Position numbers and translations under genes: made by a program. Positions 8,949-18,796 of a stretch of DNA of 36,230 bases are shown in pieces. The stretch is from contig CACXEY010000275.1 in the NCBI GenBank assembly GCA_902766695.1, positions 1 through 36,230 of the forward strand, written 5' to 3'. The stretch comes from an uncultured bacterium (lineage in GTDB: Bacteria > Verrucomicrobiota > Kiritimatiellia > CAIQIC01 > Lenti-01). The notes under the pieces were generated by a model. The model saw only the letters and a program-made list of their open reading frames with translations, did not search any database and had not been told where the DNA came from. The first letter of the stretch is position 1, and each line of letters opens with the position of its first letter.

Positions 8949-10955
8949 TCAGCCGCCCACCGCCACCCCGAGGCGCCCGAGCGCCTTGATGGCGTCGGCG
9001 TTGCCTTGGGCGGCGGCCTTGCGGTACCACTCGATGGCGGGGGCGTTGTCGCCGGTCTTGCGGGCGCGGAGCTCGGCCTTGCGGCCGACGACGAACTGCG
9101 CGGCGGCGTTCCCGGCCTCCGCCTGCGCGTCGAGCCACTCGGGCGCGCCTTCGGCGCCGTGGTTGCCGGCGATCAGGACCCAGCGGACGGACTCGGTATC
9201 GTACCCGGCGGGCCCCTTTCCGGCGAGGAAGAGGCGGCCGAGTGCGGCCTGGGCTTCCGCGTCGCCGGCGCCCGCCTTCGCGGCGAGCCAGAGCGAGGCC
9301 TGGGGCTGCTGGCGGGCGGCGGCATCGGCCATGAGGCGGAGGGCCTCTTTGGGGTCGCGGTCGCCGCCCTTGCCTTCGTCGAGCATGCGGGCGACGATGT
9401 AGCGGGCGGCCGGATCGCCGCTGTCGGAGAGCCGCCGCACGTGGCGGACGACGCCGTGGAACTGGGCGATGTCGGCGGGCTGCGCGTACGTCCAGCGGCA
9501 GGCGTCGAAATCGGCCGCGGCGTCTCCGGGATTGCTCTGGCCGTCGGCTCCGGCGAGCCGGACGTGGACGAGGGCGAGGTCGGCCCCGGCGGCCCGGTAC
9601 TTGCGGGCGGAGAGCAGCGCCTTGCGCGCGTCGTCGGGGCGGATGGCGGAGATGCGCAGCCCGCGGTCGAGGCAGTGGCGGCCGTAGGCGCGGCGCGCGG
9701 CGGGCAACCCGTAATGGAAGGCCAGCGCGAGCACGACGGCGGCCAGCAACCACGGCAGATGCCGCATCAGGCGCCGGAAGAACCGCTTGTTGGGGGTGTG
9801 GCGCCCGCCGTGGCGGTGGTGGTGGTGGTGATGGTGGGATGCGGACGGGGCGCTGCCTCCCCCGGAACCCGCCGCGGCGGCCGCCGTACGCTTCCCCGCC
9901 TCCGGCGCGGAGTGCGAATGCGGGCGCGAACCGCCGTGCGAATGCGTCCGCGGCGGGATTTCGCGCTTGGGTGCGGGCGCGGCCAGCAGGGGGAAGGCGG
10001 CTTTCAGCGCGTCCGCGACGGTTCCGTCCGCCGGCGGTTCGTCCGCGAAGCGGCGCAGGGCGTCCGCCACCTCCGGCGCGAAAAACAGCGCGTGGTTGCC
10101 CTGTGCGTACCACGGCGCCTGCCCGCGCAGGGCATCCAGACGCCCGGCGGCCGCGCGCAGGGCGTCCGCATCGGGGGCGGGGTCGGCGGCGAGCGGCGCC
10201 CAGACGCGGCGCGCTTCGTCGAGCAGCCCGTCGAGCGGCGCGGTTTTCTCGAACATCGAAAACAGCAGCGGCTGGATCCCCACCTCCGGGTCCTCGGGCT
10301 TCACCGACGACACCGCGAACCCCGGCAGCGCCGGATAGTTGTCCGCCAGCAGCGGCAGCCGCCTGCGCAGGATGCCGGCGAAATCGTTCCCCGACGCCGG
10401 ATCCCGGTCCGCGTGCGTCAGCACCAGCGCGACCGCCGGAGGGTAGGGGAGGGCGAGCAGATGGCGGATGCAGGCGTTGGTGGCCCATACCGTGTCGAGG
10501 TGGGCCGCCTGGTCCTCCCCGTCCCCGCGGATCGTCGACACGTCGAACAGCACCAGCACGCGCGTGGCCCCGGCGAGGCGCGCCTTCAGGGCCTCCAAAT
10601 CCGGGCGCAACGCCTCCGCGCGGGCGGCGAAGGCGGCGGGATCGTCCTGGCCGTCGGCTTTCTGGAACGCGGCGCGGAACAGCTCCGGCGGGCACTCGGG
10701 CACGTCGAGCGCGAACAGCTCCTCCTGCCCGCGGCAGACGGTGAAGCGCAGGTCGGCGTAGCGGCCGGGCTGTTCGGGCGGGCGCGGCACGGCGTAGAGG
10801 GACGCGGGCATCTGTTCGAGGAAGCGGAACGCGGCCTGGTTTTCCGGCTTGAGCCGCAACCCGGCATCGGCATGGCCCGCGAAGACCTTGGCCAACGCCA
10901 TGGCCAGCACGGTCTTGCCCGAACCTTCCACGCCCAATATCAGGATGTCATCCAT
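8949..10955 (-). CDS. Membrane-anchored protein: N-terminal P-loop (GTPase-like) domain, His-rich linker, TM helix, C-terminal Sel1-like repeats
   Basis: GGAAAGGA ribosome-binding site before ATG 10955. ILILGVEGSGKT Walker A, LVLTHAD (G4-like), His7 run, LPWLLAAVVLALAF, and Sel1-like repeats such as AIEWYRKAAAQGNADA. Confidence 0.7.
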   Translation of the reverse strand: MDDILILGVEGSGKTVLAMALAKVFAGHADAGLRLKPENQAAFRFLEQMPASLYAVPRPPEQPGRYADLRFTVCRGQEELFALDVPECPPELFRAAFQKADGQDDPAAFAARAEALRPDLEALKARLAGATRVLVLFDVSTIRGDGEDQAAHLDTVWATNACIRHLLALPYPPAVALVLTHADRDPASGNDFAGILRRRLPLLADNYPALPGFAVSSVKPEDPEVGIQPLLFSMFEKTAPLDGLLDEARRVWAPLAADPAPDADALRAAAGRLDALRGQAPWYAQGNHALFFAPEVADALRRFADEPPADGTVADALKAAFPLLAAPAPKREIPPRTHSHGGSRPHSHSAPEAGKRTAAAAAGSGGGSAPSASHHHHHHHRHGGRHTPNKRFFRRLMRHLPWLLAAVVLALAFHYGLPAARRAYGRHCLDRGLRISAIRPDDARKALLSARKYRAAGADLALVHVRLAGADGQSNPGDAAADFDACRWTYAQPADIAQFHGVVRHVRRLSDSGDPAARYIVARMLDEGKGGDRDPKEALRLMADAAARQQPQASLWLAAKAGAGDAEAQAALGRLFLAGKGPAGYDTESVRWVLIAGNHGAEGAPEWLDAQAEAGNAAAQFVVGRKAELRARKTGDNAPAIEWYRKAAAQGNADAIKALGRLGVAVGG

Positions 10956-11515
10956 CTGCGATTCCTTTCCGATTTCACGATATCCCATCCATCCTAAGCG
11001 CATCCGCCCTTTTCCGCAACGGATTTTCCGCCCCCGGCCGGTTTGTTCCGGTTTTCCCGGGTCCCTGTGCCGGAGAAGGGCCTGCTTTGCGCCTCCGTGA
11101 AGAGCCGGGCGGCGGGTTCCCTCGCCGCCGGAAGCCGGAACGTGCAATCGGATGTTCACGGATGGGCGGATGGAAACCGGGGGATCGCATGCTCCCGCGC
11201 ATTCCGGCGCCCCCCTCTTCCCCGCTGCCGCCGCCCGTTCCGTCCCGCATGGTTTTGAAAACAGGAAAAACATTGGCATTCCACCCCTTCCGACCCCATT
11301 CCCTCCCGCATGAAAAACACCCGCCGTCCGCCCCCCCCCCATGGCTTTCCCCCCGTCCGCCCCGCCGGCCCTCAAACCCCTATGGCGGCCCGTGCCGGTC
11401 CGCCCGCTCTTCCCGCCAAAAAACAATCGACGCCCCGCGCCCGATGGTGTACCTTTCAGTCGGTCGAGGCGTGTGCCTCCCCGGACAGGCATCCATCGAA
11501 CGCAAGGAGACGGGC

Positions 11516-12076
11516 ATGGACAGGACAGAACGGGCTTCGCGGCGGCAGGGTTTCACCCTGATCGAGCTGCTGGTGGTCATCGGCATCATCGCGCTTCTGG
11601 CGGCAATCATCGTACCGGCCCTCAACGGCGCCCTCCGCACCGCCACCAAGGCCCGCGCCATGCAGATGTGCAAGGACCTCCAGGGCGCCTGCCAGCGCTA
11701 TTTCTCCGAATACAACCGCATGCCCGTTTCCAAGGGAACCAAGCACGGCCAGAAGGACATGAAGTACGCCGAAGACAACTTCGAGGTCGTCGACATCCTG
11801 ATCCTCTCCGACGACCTCAAGGAGACCGACCTCCCCGTCGTGAACCCCCGGTCCATCCGCTTCCTCGACATGGACGCCAAGACCCTCGAAACCTACAACG
11901 ACGACAAGACCAAGGGCCTCCTCGACCCCTGGAAGAACCCCTACGAACTGTTCTTCGACATGACCTTCGACGACGTCGTCGACCTCGACGGCATCGAGTT
12001 CCGCGCCAAGGTCGGCGTCCGCAGCGCCGGTCCCGACGGCGAATGGGACACGAAGGACGACATCCGCACCTGGTAA
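11516..12076 (+). CDS. Prepilin, GspG-like major pseudopilin 1
   Basis: AAGGAG ribosome-binding site. RRQG|FTLIELLVVIGII and C-terminal DPWKNPY...SAGPDGEWDTKDDIRTW (GspG-type signature). Confidence 0.85.
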   Translation: MDRTERASRRQGFTLIELLVVIGIIALLAAIIVPALNGALRTATKARAMQMCKDLQGACQRYFSEYNRMPVSKGTKHGQKDMKYAEDNFEVVDILILSDDLKETDLPVVNPRSIRFLDMDAKTLETYNDDKTKGLLDPWKNPYELFFDMTFDDVVDLDGIEFRAKVGVRSAGPDGEWDTKDDIRTW

Positions 12077-12094
12077 CCCCGAAAGGCCCCTCCC

Positions 12095-12736
12095 ATGAAA
12101 AATCCCCTGCCCCCCTCCCCCTCCGGGCTTCCTAGTCCGCGAAGCGGTTTTCACGTTTTTCAATGTTCCCTTTCCGCCTCTTCCGCGTCCGGCTTCACCC
12201 TCGTCGAGATGCTCGTCGTCGTGGCCGTCATCGCCATCCTCGCCTCCATCCTGATCCCCTCCGTCGGCGCCGCCCAGAAATCCGCGAAGAAGCGCAAGGC
12301 CGAGGTCGAGTGCAACGCCATCAAGACCGCCGTCGAGCAGTTCTTCTCCGACTTCAAGTACATGCCGTGGGGCGACCCCGACGACGCCAAGGCCCGCGTC
12401 GGCGACGACAAGTGGACCCAGACCCCGGACGAGCACAAGAACGCCATGTCCCTCCTCCGCGGCGAAAACAAGCTCCTCAAGGCCTACCTCGAGATTTCCA
12501 CCCGCGACGCCAAGGGTTCCTCCGCCTCCGAGGAAGAGGACGAAGGCATCTTCTACGACCCTTGGAAGAACCCCTACCACATCGGCATGGACCGCAACCT
12601 CGACCAGCAGGTCGACTACACCTACGGCGGCAGCACCAAAACCTACAAGACCCGCGTCCTCGTCCTCTCCAACGGCCCCGACGGCGAACCCGACACCGAA
12701 GACGACATCCGCACCTTCGACCTCATCCTCGACTGA
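12095..12736 (+). CDS. Prepilin, GspG-like pseudopilin 2 (extended leader)
   Basis: ASG|FTLVEMLVVVAVI; DPWKNPY...SNGPDGEPDTEDDIRTF; 33-aa leader. Confidence 0.85.
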   Translation: MKNPLPPSPSGLPSPRSGFHVFQCSLSASSASGFTLVEMLVVVAVIAILASILIPSVGAAQKSAKKRKAEVECNAIKTAVEQFFSDFKYMPWGDPDDAKARVGDDKWTQTPDEHKNAMSLLRGENKLLKAYLEISTRDAKGSSASEEEDEGIFYDPWKNPYHIGMDRNLDQQVDYTYGGSTKTYKTRVLVLSNGPDGEPDTEDDIRTFDLILD

Positions 12737-12756
12737 CCCCGAAAGGAACCCCTCCC

Positions 12757-13434
12757 ATGAAACACCCCCTCCCTTCTTCCCTTCCCCTCGCCTCCTCCGC
12801 GTCTCCGCGTCTCCGCGCGAGTCATTCCTCTCCGCGTCTCCGTCTCTCTGCGTCTCTGCGTGAGTTCCGTGCTTCCTCCACCGCCGCCTTCACCCTCGTC
12901 GAGCTCCTCGTCGTCATCGTCATCCTCGGCATCCTCCTCGCCATGATGGTTCCCGCCGCCGGCATGATTCTCAAGCGCGTCAAGGTCGCCCAGGCCCGTT
13001 CCGACGCCCAGGTCGTCGTCGCCACCATGTCCAAGTACCGCCTCGAATACAACCGCTGGCCCGACGTCAAGGAAGTCGCCGAAGGCTACGCCGGCACCTC
13101 CAAGGAGTGGGTGGACATCATGAATCCCGACATCACCACCGGCACCTCCGCCAAGCGCGACCCTAACAACTTCCGCCAGCTCCGCTTCCTCGAAATGGGC
13201 AAGGGCATGAGGATCGAGTCCGGCACCCACGAAGGCGGCTTCGGCGACCCCTTCCCCCACAAGGACGGCCGCGTCCCCTTCCTCTACGCCATCGACGACG
13301 ACGGCGACGGCCACGTCAAGAACCCCGACCCCGACAAGGGCGGCGAACTCATCCGCGCCGACGTCGTCGCCTGGTCCGCCGGCCCCGACGGCGATTACAG
13401 GAGCTGGGAAGACAACGTCACCTCCTGGGAATGA
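12757..13434 (+). CDS. Prepilin, GspG-like pseudopilin 3 (extended leader)
   Basis: AAAGGA ribosome-binding site, ATG 12757. TAA|FTLVELLVVIVIL; DPF...WSAGPDGDYRSWEDNVTSW. Confidence 0.85.
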   Translation: MKHPLPSSLPLASSASPRLRASHSSPRLRLSASLREFRASSTAAFTLVELLVVIVILGILLAMMVPAAGMILKRVKVAQARSDAQVVVATMSKYRLEYNRWPDVKEVAEGYAGTSKEWVDIMNPDITTGTSAKRDPNNFRQLRFLEMGKGMRIESGTHEGGFGDPFPHKDGRVPFLYAIDDDGDGHVKNPDPDKGGELIRADVVAWSAGPDGDYRSWEDNVTSWE

Positions 13435-13475
13435 CCCCTGGAATTCAGAAAACAACTCAGGACAACTCGAAAACA

Positions 13476-14414
13476 ATGAACCCGACAACTTCCCCTACCG
13501 GCCTCCCCCCTCCTTCCCGTTCGCCGTTCCCGGCAAATGGATTACGGGCTTGGAAGTCTGAAAGGCTCCGTTGTTTGCCCTCCTTGTCCATTTTCAGAAG
13601 AAGTTGTCCCGAGTTGTTTTCCAAAAAGTCCGCCTTCACCCTCATCGAGCTCCTCGTCGTCGTCGCCATCATCGGCGTCCTCTTCGCCATCGCCATCCCC
13701 GTCTTCGGCAACGCCGGGCGCAAGGACACCTACCGCGCCGCCCAGCAGGTCGCCACCACCCTCCGCCTCGCCCGCCAGCACGCCATCTCCAAGCGCCAGT
13801 GGACCTTCGTCATCTTCCCCAACCGCGACGGCACCTTCTCCGCCGACCCCAAGGCCCTCAACAACATCAAGAAGTGCCTCCGCAGCTACGCCGTCGTCGC
13901 CGTCACCAACAACATGGACAAGTGGCGCTCCAACGCCGACGAAGGCCCCGTCGTCAACGGCAACGAATCCACCGGCAAGATGTATTTCGAGTTCGTCTCC
14001 GACTGGAAGTACCTGCCCGAGGGCGTGTATTTCGACGACACAACCCCCGGCTCGGGCGACGGCGAGCAGAAAGGCAATTACGTCTTCGCGGGCAAGGGCG
14101 GCACCGGCTACGACGCCTCCAGCGCCTCCCAGTTCAAGTTCCCCTACGACCCCGCGAACCCCAACCAGTCCAGCAAGCAGATGATCATGAGCGCCGTCCT
14201 CTTCAAGCCCAACGGCCGCTACTTCATGATGCAGCAGAGCGGCAAGAAGCACTGGCTCGACCAGAAGTCCGTCCGCCTCTACCTCACCTCCGCCCGCTAC
14301 TACGAATTCGACGGCCAGTCCTCCCTGGCCGAGCCCGTCGCCATCCCCGGCACCAACACCATGCTCCAGTTCCAGGCCAAGACCGGCATGGTCAAGATTC
14401 TGGACGCCAACTGA
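13476..14414 (+). CDS. Minor pilin, GspH/FimU-like (Verru_Chthon cassette D-like)
   Basis: KSA|FTLIELLVVVAII; AAQQVATTLRLARQHAISKR; WKYLPEGV; FKPNG; C-terminal QAKTGMVKI. Start could be 13431 (ATGA overlap). Confidence 0.8.
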   Translation: MNPTTSPTGLPPPSRSPFPANGLRAWKSERLRCLPSLSIFRRSCPELFSKKSAFTLIELLVVVAIIGVLFAIAIPVFGNAGRKDTYRAAQQVATTLRLARQHAISKRQWTFVIFPNRDGTFSADPKALNNIKKCLRSYAVVAVTNNMDKWRSNADEGPVVNGNESTGKMYFEFVSDWKYLPEGVYFDDTTPGSGDGEQKGNYVFAGKGGTGYDASSASQFKFPYDPANPNQSSKQMIMSAVLFKPNGRYFMMQQSGKKHWLDQKSVRLYLTSARYYEFDGQSSLAEPVAIPGTNTMLQFQAKTGMVKILDAN

Positions 14415-14432
14415 CCGGAAAGGACCCCCGGC

Positions 14433-14996
14433 ATGAACACTCCGAATCCATCCCCCGCCCGCTCCAATGCCGGCTACTCGCTGGTGGAAGTCACCCTCGC
14501 CCTCCTCGTGGTCGCCATCGGGCTGACTTCGACCTTCTCGCTCTTCCCCGAGGCGATGAAGAACACCCGCACCGCCGTCAGCGACACCGAAGTCGCCCTC
14601 TTCGCCGACTACGTCTTCAGCACCCTTGCCGTCGGAGCCGCCGTGGACGGCGCCAACTTCAAGATCAACGACACCGACAACTACGCCTCCCTCGTCCTCG
14701 CGCAGAAACACCTCGACAAGATCGAGCTCAAGACCGGCTCCCTCGCCAACTTCTACTGGATCCCGGAAGACGACGACATGGGCACCGGCGACTGGGACCT
14801 CGCGGAAGACGCCGGCTACTGGTCCACCGCCTTCTCCTACCGCCTTTCCTACGGCCGGCGCAACAAGGGCAACAACCGCGACACCATCTACGCCACCCTC
14901 GAAGTCTGGCCCGGCGAATGGAAGTCCATCGCCGACGAGAAGACCTTCAAGCCCTACGTCTTCTACCGGGAAATCCTCCCGTACCCCAACCTGTGA
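14433..14996 (+). CDS. Minor pilin, GspI/PilV-like (Verru_Chthon cassette B-like)
   Basis: NAG|YSLVEVTLALLVVAIGLTSTFSLFP; AAAGGA ribosome-binding site. Confidence 0.75.
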   Translation: MNTPNPSPARSNAGYSLVEVTLALLVVAIGLTSTFSLFPEAMKNTRTAVSDTEVALFADYVFSTLAVGAAVDGANFKINDTDNYASLVLAQKHLDKIELKTGSLANFYWIPEDDDMGTGDWDLAEDAGYWSTAFSYRLSYGRRNKGNNRDTIYATLEVWPGEWKSIADEKTFKPYVFYREILPYPNL

Positions 14997-15013
14997 CGAA
15001 CGGAGCCGATTCC

Positions 15014-15922
15014 ATGAAACGCAGCGCCTTCACCCTCATCGAGGTCCTGGCCTCCATGGCCGTCCTCATGGTCCTCACCCTCGCCCTCACCCGGATGTTC
15101 ATCTCCGCCTCCGACATCACGTCCCGCGGCATGACCTCCATCGCCCGCAACAGCGTCGGCGAGACCGCCATGGAATCCATCCTTCAGGACCTCGACTGCA
15201 TGGTCGTCAACGAACGCGTCGCCTGCTGCAAGATCGCCGACACCGTCGAAGGCCGCTTCGACACCATCTACTTCATCGGCACCTACGGCGACAACGACGA
15301 CGACATGCCCTACGAATACTTCAACTACTTCGTCTCCACGAACATCGTCACCAACTCCCTCGGCGCCGTCTACAAGCGCTTCGACCTCGTCAAGTCCCGC
15401 GTCGTCATGGCCGTCGGCGCCAAGAACAAGTTCTACGCGTTGCTTCCCGACGACAAGGAATGGTGGAATCTCTTCGACAAGGAACTCTCCATGAACGAGC
15501 AGGACCACGAAGTGCTCGCCGAAAACGTCGTCGGCTTCGAAGTCTACTGCCAGGACTGGGCCACCGGCCAGGACCTCAACAGCCCCGGCACCATCCGCTG
15601 GAACGGCGGCAACCGCACCTTCTTCTCCAGCGCCAAGAGCATGTCCATCAAGGACAAGACCGGCCACTCCATCGTGGTGAGCAACCTCCCGCCCGTTGCC
15701 TTCGACGTCAAACTCAAGATCACCAGCCCCGAGGCCGCCACGGAAGGCGGCATGCTCCTCGCTGCCGGCGGTACCGACAACGAAAAGCGCGGTTGGGAAC
15801 TGCTCAACCGCGAGGCCTCCACCCTCTTCGGGCGCGCGATGCCCATGATGGGCGCCACCCAGTTCCGACTCCAGCGGCGCTCCTACAACCCCGTCAGCCA
15901 CTACTACAGCGAAGAAAACTGA
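15014..15922 (+). CDS. Minor pilin, GspJ/PilW-like (Verru_Chthon cassette C-like)
   Basis: MKRSA|FTLIEVLASMAVL; ESILQDL; VLAENVVGFEV; LPPVAFDVKLKI. Confidence 0.8.
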   Translation: MKRSAFTLIEVLASMAVLMVLTLALTRMFISASDITSRGMTSIARNSVGETAMESILQDLDCMVVNERVACCKIADTVEGRFDTIYFIGTYGDNDDDMPYEYFNYFVSTNIVTNSLGAVYKRFDLVKSRVVMAVGAKNKFYALLPDDKEWWNLFDKELSMNEQDHEVLAENVVGFEVYCQDWATGQDLNSPGTIRWNGGNRTFFSSAKSMSIKDKTGHSIVVSNLPPVAFDVKLKITSPEAATEGGMLLAAGGTDNEKRGWELLNREASTLFGRAMPMMGATQFRLQRRSYNPVSHYYSEEN

Positions 15923-15930
15923 GGCCTGCC

Positions 15931-18336
15931 ATGAACCCCTCTCCCGCCCGCTCCACCGCCTTCCGCTCCCGCCGCGACGAACGCGGCGTCGCCCTTATCA
16001 TCGTCCTCGGCTTCCTCGGCCTCATGGTCATGATGGCCGTCGCCTTCATGGTCCAGGCCCGCGTCGAGCGCATGGTCGCCGACTCCACCCTCGACGGCAT
16101 GCGCGCCCGGCAGGTCGCCCAGACTGGCATCGCAGCCGCCATCCAGGACTACATGAACGCCATCAAGTCCCTCGACAGCCAGTCCGACACCAAGTACGAC
16201 ATGTTCCTCTCCGGCGACCTCAACGTCTCCGCCAGCTACCACTACTCCGACATCCTCTACGACAGCACCAACCTCTGGAACGGCGAAGCCGCCGACTGGC
16301 TCCCCGCCGCCCTCACCTCCAAGGACAGCTCCGTCGACATCGACGACATCGCGGACATGGAATGGATCTGGGTCCGCCAGAAGCCCAACTCCCGCTCCCG
16401 CATCCTCGGACGCTACGCCTACGTCTGCTTCAACCTCTCCGGCGGCGTCGACGCCAACCTCCTCGGCCGCGCCTTCGGCGACAACCTCCCCTCCGGCGGC
16501 TACGGTGCCCAGACCAACCGCAACAACGTCCGCAAGATGCTCCTCAACGGCGTCCGCGCCTCCCCCTCCACCGCCACCGATCCCCAGCTCAAGCTCTCCC
16601 GCTACCAGGCCATGTGGCAGGGATTCGACACCCCCGCCGCCCTCAACAAGCTCACCGACGGCAAGAACAACGACGGCAACGACGAACAAGGCGGCAACCG
16701 CTGGGCAAACTACGACATGGACGAAAAATCCGTCGGCCCCCTCGCCACGGACCACCTCTCCTGCTACAGCTACGCCGCCTCCCACCGCGGTTCCGGCTAC
16801 GGCGAAAAGAAGCAGTGCACGGTGGAGAACATCGTCGGCAACCACTACTTCTCCCGCCTGATCAACGACATGGGCGGCGACACGGCCGACGTGCGCAAGG
16901 CGCTGGACGACTACTTCTCCTCCTCGCCCGAGCCGCAGGGCACCGACTACCCCTCCGTCAAGGCCGTCCCGATGTTCAACGAAATCAAGGCCGAAGTCCA
17001 GCTGATGCAGGCCGAAGGCTCCGGCAAGTGGCAGCTCAAGTTTACCCTCAAACCCGAATTCTGGTGCCCCTTCCCCTCGGAAGACACGCCCAAGCGGTCG
17101 TACACCCTCAAGGCCCCGACGGTCGGCGGCGGCGGCGCGCTCGGCAGCGAGGACGTGTGGATCCGCGTCCTCGGCCAGACTTCCTCCGGCGGTCTCTTCC
17201 AGCCCGAACTCAAGCAGAACGAGACCCCGGCCGACCTCACCGTCGAACCCTCCTCCGAACCCAAATCCCCCGGCGAATTCGTCTACACCCTTGACATCGA
17301 TAAAATCCCTGAACAAGATGGAGTTCCTCTTGATATCAAGGCCCTGAACATCGCCGCCGTCATCATCCAGAAGCCGTGGGAACTCCTCTCCGGCTCCAAG
17401 GCCGTCGACGCCACGCCCAAGGACAAGCTCTCCATCCCTATCTCCCCAAAAATCCTCAGCCACGGCGGCGGCAACACCACCGGCGCCGGATACATGGAAG
17501 TCGACGACCCCCGCCTCAACCACCTCGCCGGACGCTGGTCCGCCTCCTCCGACGGCTCCATGGGCGAGAAGAACTCCTGCCTCGACGCCGCGCTCAACCA
17601 GGCCAAGGCCAAGATCGGCTACGAACCCGGCCAGTACATGTATTGCCGCAACGGCGCCATGGAGTCCCCCGCCGAACTCGGCTACATCCCCGTCTACAAC
17701 GGCTCCACCCCCTGGATGACCCTCGACATCTTCTCCGAAGACGGCATCGGCCTCATGAACACCCTCGTCTGCGACGACGACGCCTGGAAGATCATGGAGA
17801 AGTACGACGTCTTCTACACCAACGGCACCATCAACCCCTACACCCGCGACAAAGCCGTCCTCAACGGCGCCTTCTACGGCCTCGACGCCCGCGAAGTCCC
17901 CAACATGTCCGGCAACCCCAACGCCACCACCGAAGTCATCGGCGCTGAGCGTGCCAAGAAAATCTCCGAAGAACTCGTCAAGGACGAGGACCCTGACAAG
18001 CGCGCCTTCATCAAGGACGGTCCCGGCGGCTGGACCCGCGTCCTCCGCTACAAAGGATTCGACCTCAACAAGAACCAGCGCGTCATGCTCGCCCACAACA
18101 CCTGGGGCCTCTTCAACGAGTCCGACAGTCTCTTCCTCGTCTTCGTCGTCGCCCAGTCCATCACCGAGGCCCCCGAGAAGGTGGACCCCGTCGGCGACTG
18201 GGACGAAAAGGAAGACATGGTCACCGGCGAACGCTGGGCCGTCGCCCTCTGCTGGATGGACACCTCCGCCGAAGGCGCCAAGGACGACCTCACCCAGGAA
18301 ATGGACATCATCATGTTCAAGTACCTCAACGAGTGA
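15931..18336 (+). CDS. Large minor pilin, GspK/PilX-like (Verru_Chthon cassette A-like), about 800 aa
   Basis: DERG|VALIIVLGFLGL without Glu5; ARQVAQTGIAAAI; GRYAYVCFNLSGGVDAN; EVDDPRLN; GTINPYT. Confidence 0.8.
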   Translation: MNPSPARSTAFRSRRDERGVALIIVLGFLGLMVMMAVAFMVQARVERMVADSTLDGMRARQVAQTGIAAAIQDYMNAIKSLDSQSDTKYDMFLSGDLNVSASYHYSDILYDSTNLWNGEAADWLPAALTSKDSSVDIDDIADMEWIWVRQKPNSRSRILGRYAYVCFNLSGGVDANLLGRAFGDNLPSGGYGAQTNRNNVRKMLLNGVRASPSTATDPQLKLSRYQAMWQGFDTPAALNKLTDGKNNDGNDEQGGNRWANYDMDEKSVGPLATDHLSCYSYAASHRGSGYGEKKQCTVENIVGNHYFSRLINDMGGDTADVRKALDDYFSSSPEPQGTDYPSVKAVPMFNEIKAEVQLMQAEGSGKWQLKFTLKPEFWCPFPSEDTPKRSYTLKAPTVGGGGALGSEDVWIRVLGQTSSGGLFQPELKQNETPADLTVEPSSEPKSPGEFVYTLDIDKIPEQDGVPLDIKALNIAAVIIQKPWELLSGSKAVDATPKDKLSIPISPKILSHGGGNTTGAGYMEVDDPRLNHLAGRWSASSDGSMGEKNSCLDAALNQAKAKIGYEPGQYMYCRNGAMESPAELGYIPVYNGSTPWMTLDIFSEDGIGLMNTLVCDDDAWKIMEKYDVFYTNGTINPYTRDKAVLNGAFYGLDAREVPNMSGNPNATTEVIGAERAKKISEELVKDEDPDKRAFIKDGPGGWTRVLRYKGFDLNKNQRVMLAHNTWGLFNESDSLFLVFVVAQSITEAPEKVDPVGDWDEKEDMVTGERWAVALCWMDTSAEGAKDDLTQEMDIIMFKYLNE

Positions 18337-18375
18337 GGCCACCGTGCCCGGCGTGTTTTCCTCCGTGCGCAGCAG

Positions 18376-18796
18376 GGTAGGGCGGCGAGTCCCCTCGCCG
18401 CCAGCGGCCCCGTCTCATCCCGGCGGGCAGGGACGGCACGCCCTGCCCGCACTGGAGCGTTTCTGTCCCTTCCCGGAAGTTTCCCACCCGCATGGTCGCG
18501 CGGAAGCGCGACCCTCCCGTGCGCTCTCCACGGGGAGGGACGCGCTTCTGCGCGTCCGCGAAAGAAACGGTTGCGCCACAATGGAGTTGTCAGGCGAAGA
18601 ACCTGTGGTTTCGTTCGTGCAAAGCCGTGGTAGGGCGGCGAGTCCCCTCGCCGCCGGAAACCGGGACGCGCAAGTGGATGTCATGGGCGGTGCGGATGCA
18701 AGTCGGCCGGAATCCGGGGAAAGATGCGTCTGCACATTTCCGGCCACTCCCTTTGGCATGACGGGCTCCGGCGGGCAGGGACTGCCCGCCCTACCC
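18376..18796. repeat. Cluster of REP-like GC-rich palindromes (BIME-like)
   Basis: GGTAGGGCGGCGAGTCCCCTCGCCGCC at 18376-18402 and 18629-18655. Oppositely oriented partners at 18421-18448 and 18769-18796. GGAGGG-type hairpins at 18494-18518 and 18534-18557. Confidence 0.8.

Noticed and set aside
11331-11340. C10 tract upstream of the pilin cluster as a phase-variation switch
   Set aside because: It lies well upstream of the weak promoter candidate (11427-11455), and C-runs are common in intergenic DNA here (e.g. the window end).
18376-18796. CRISPR array, with the Cas4-like gene as a cas locus
   Set aside because: Repeats are palindromes in alternating orientation with irregular spacing, only two identical copies exist, and no cas1/cas2 is present.
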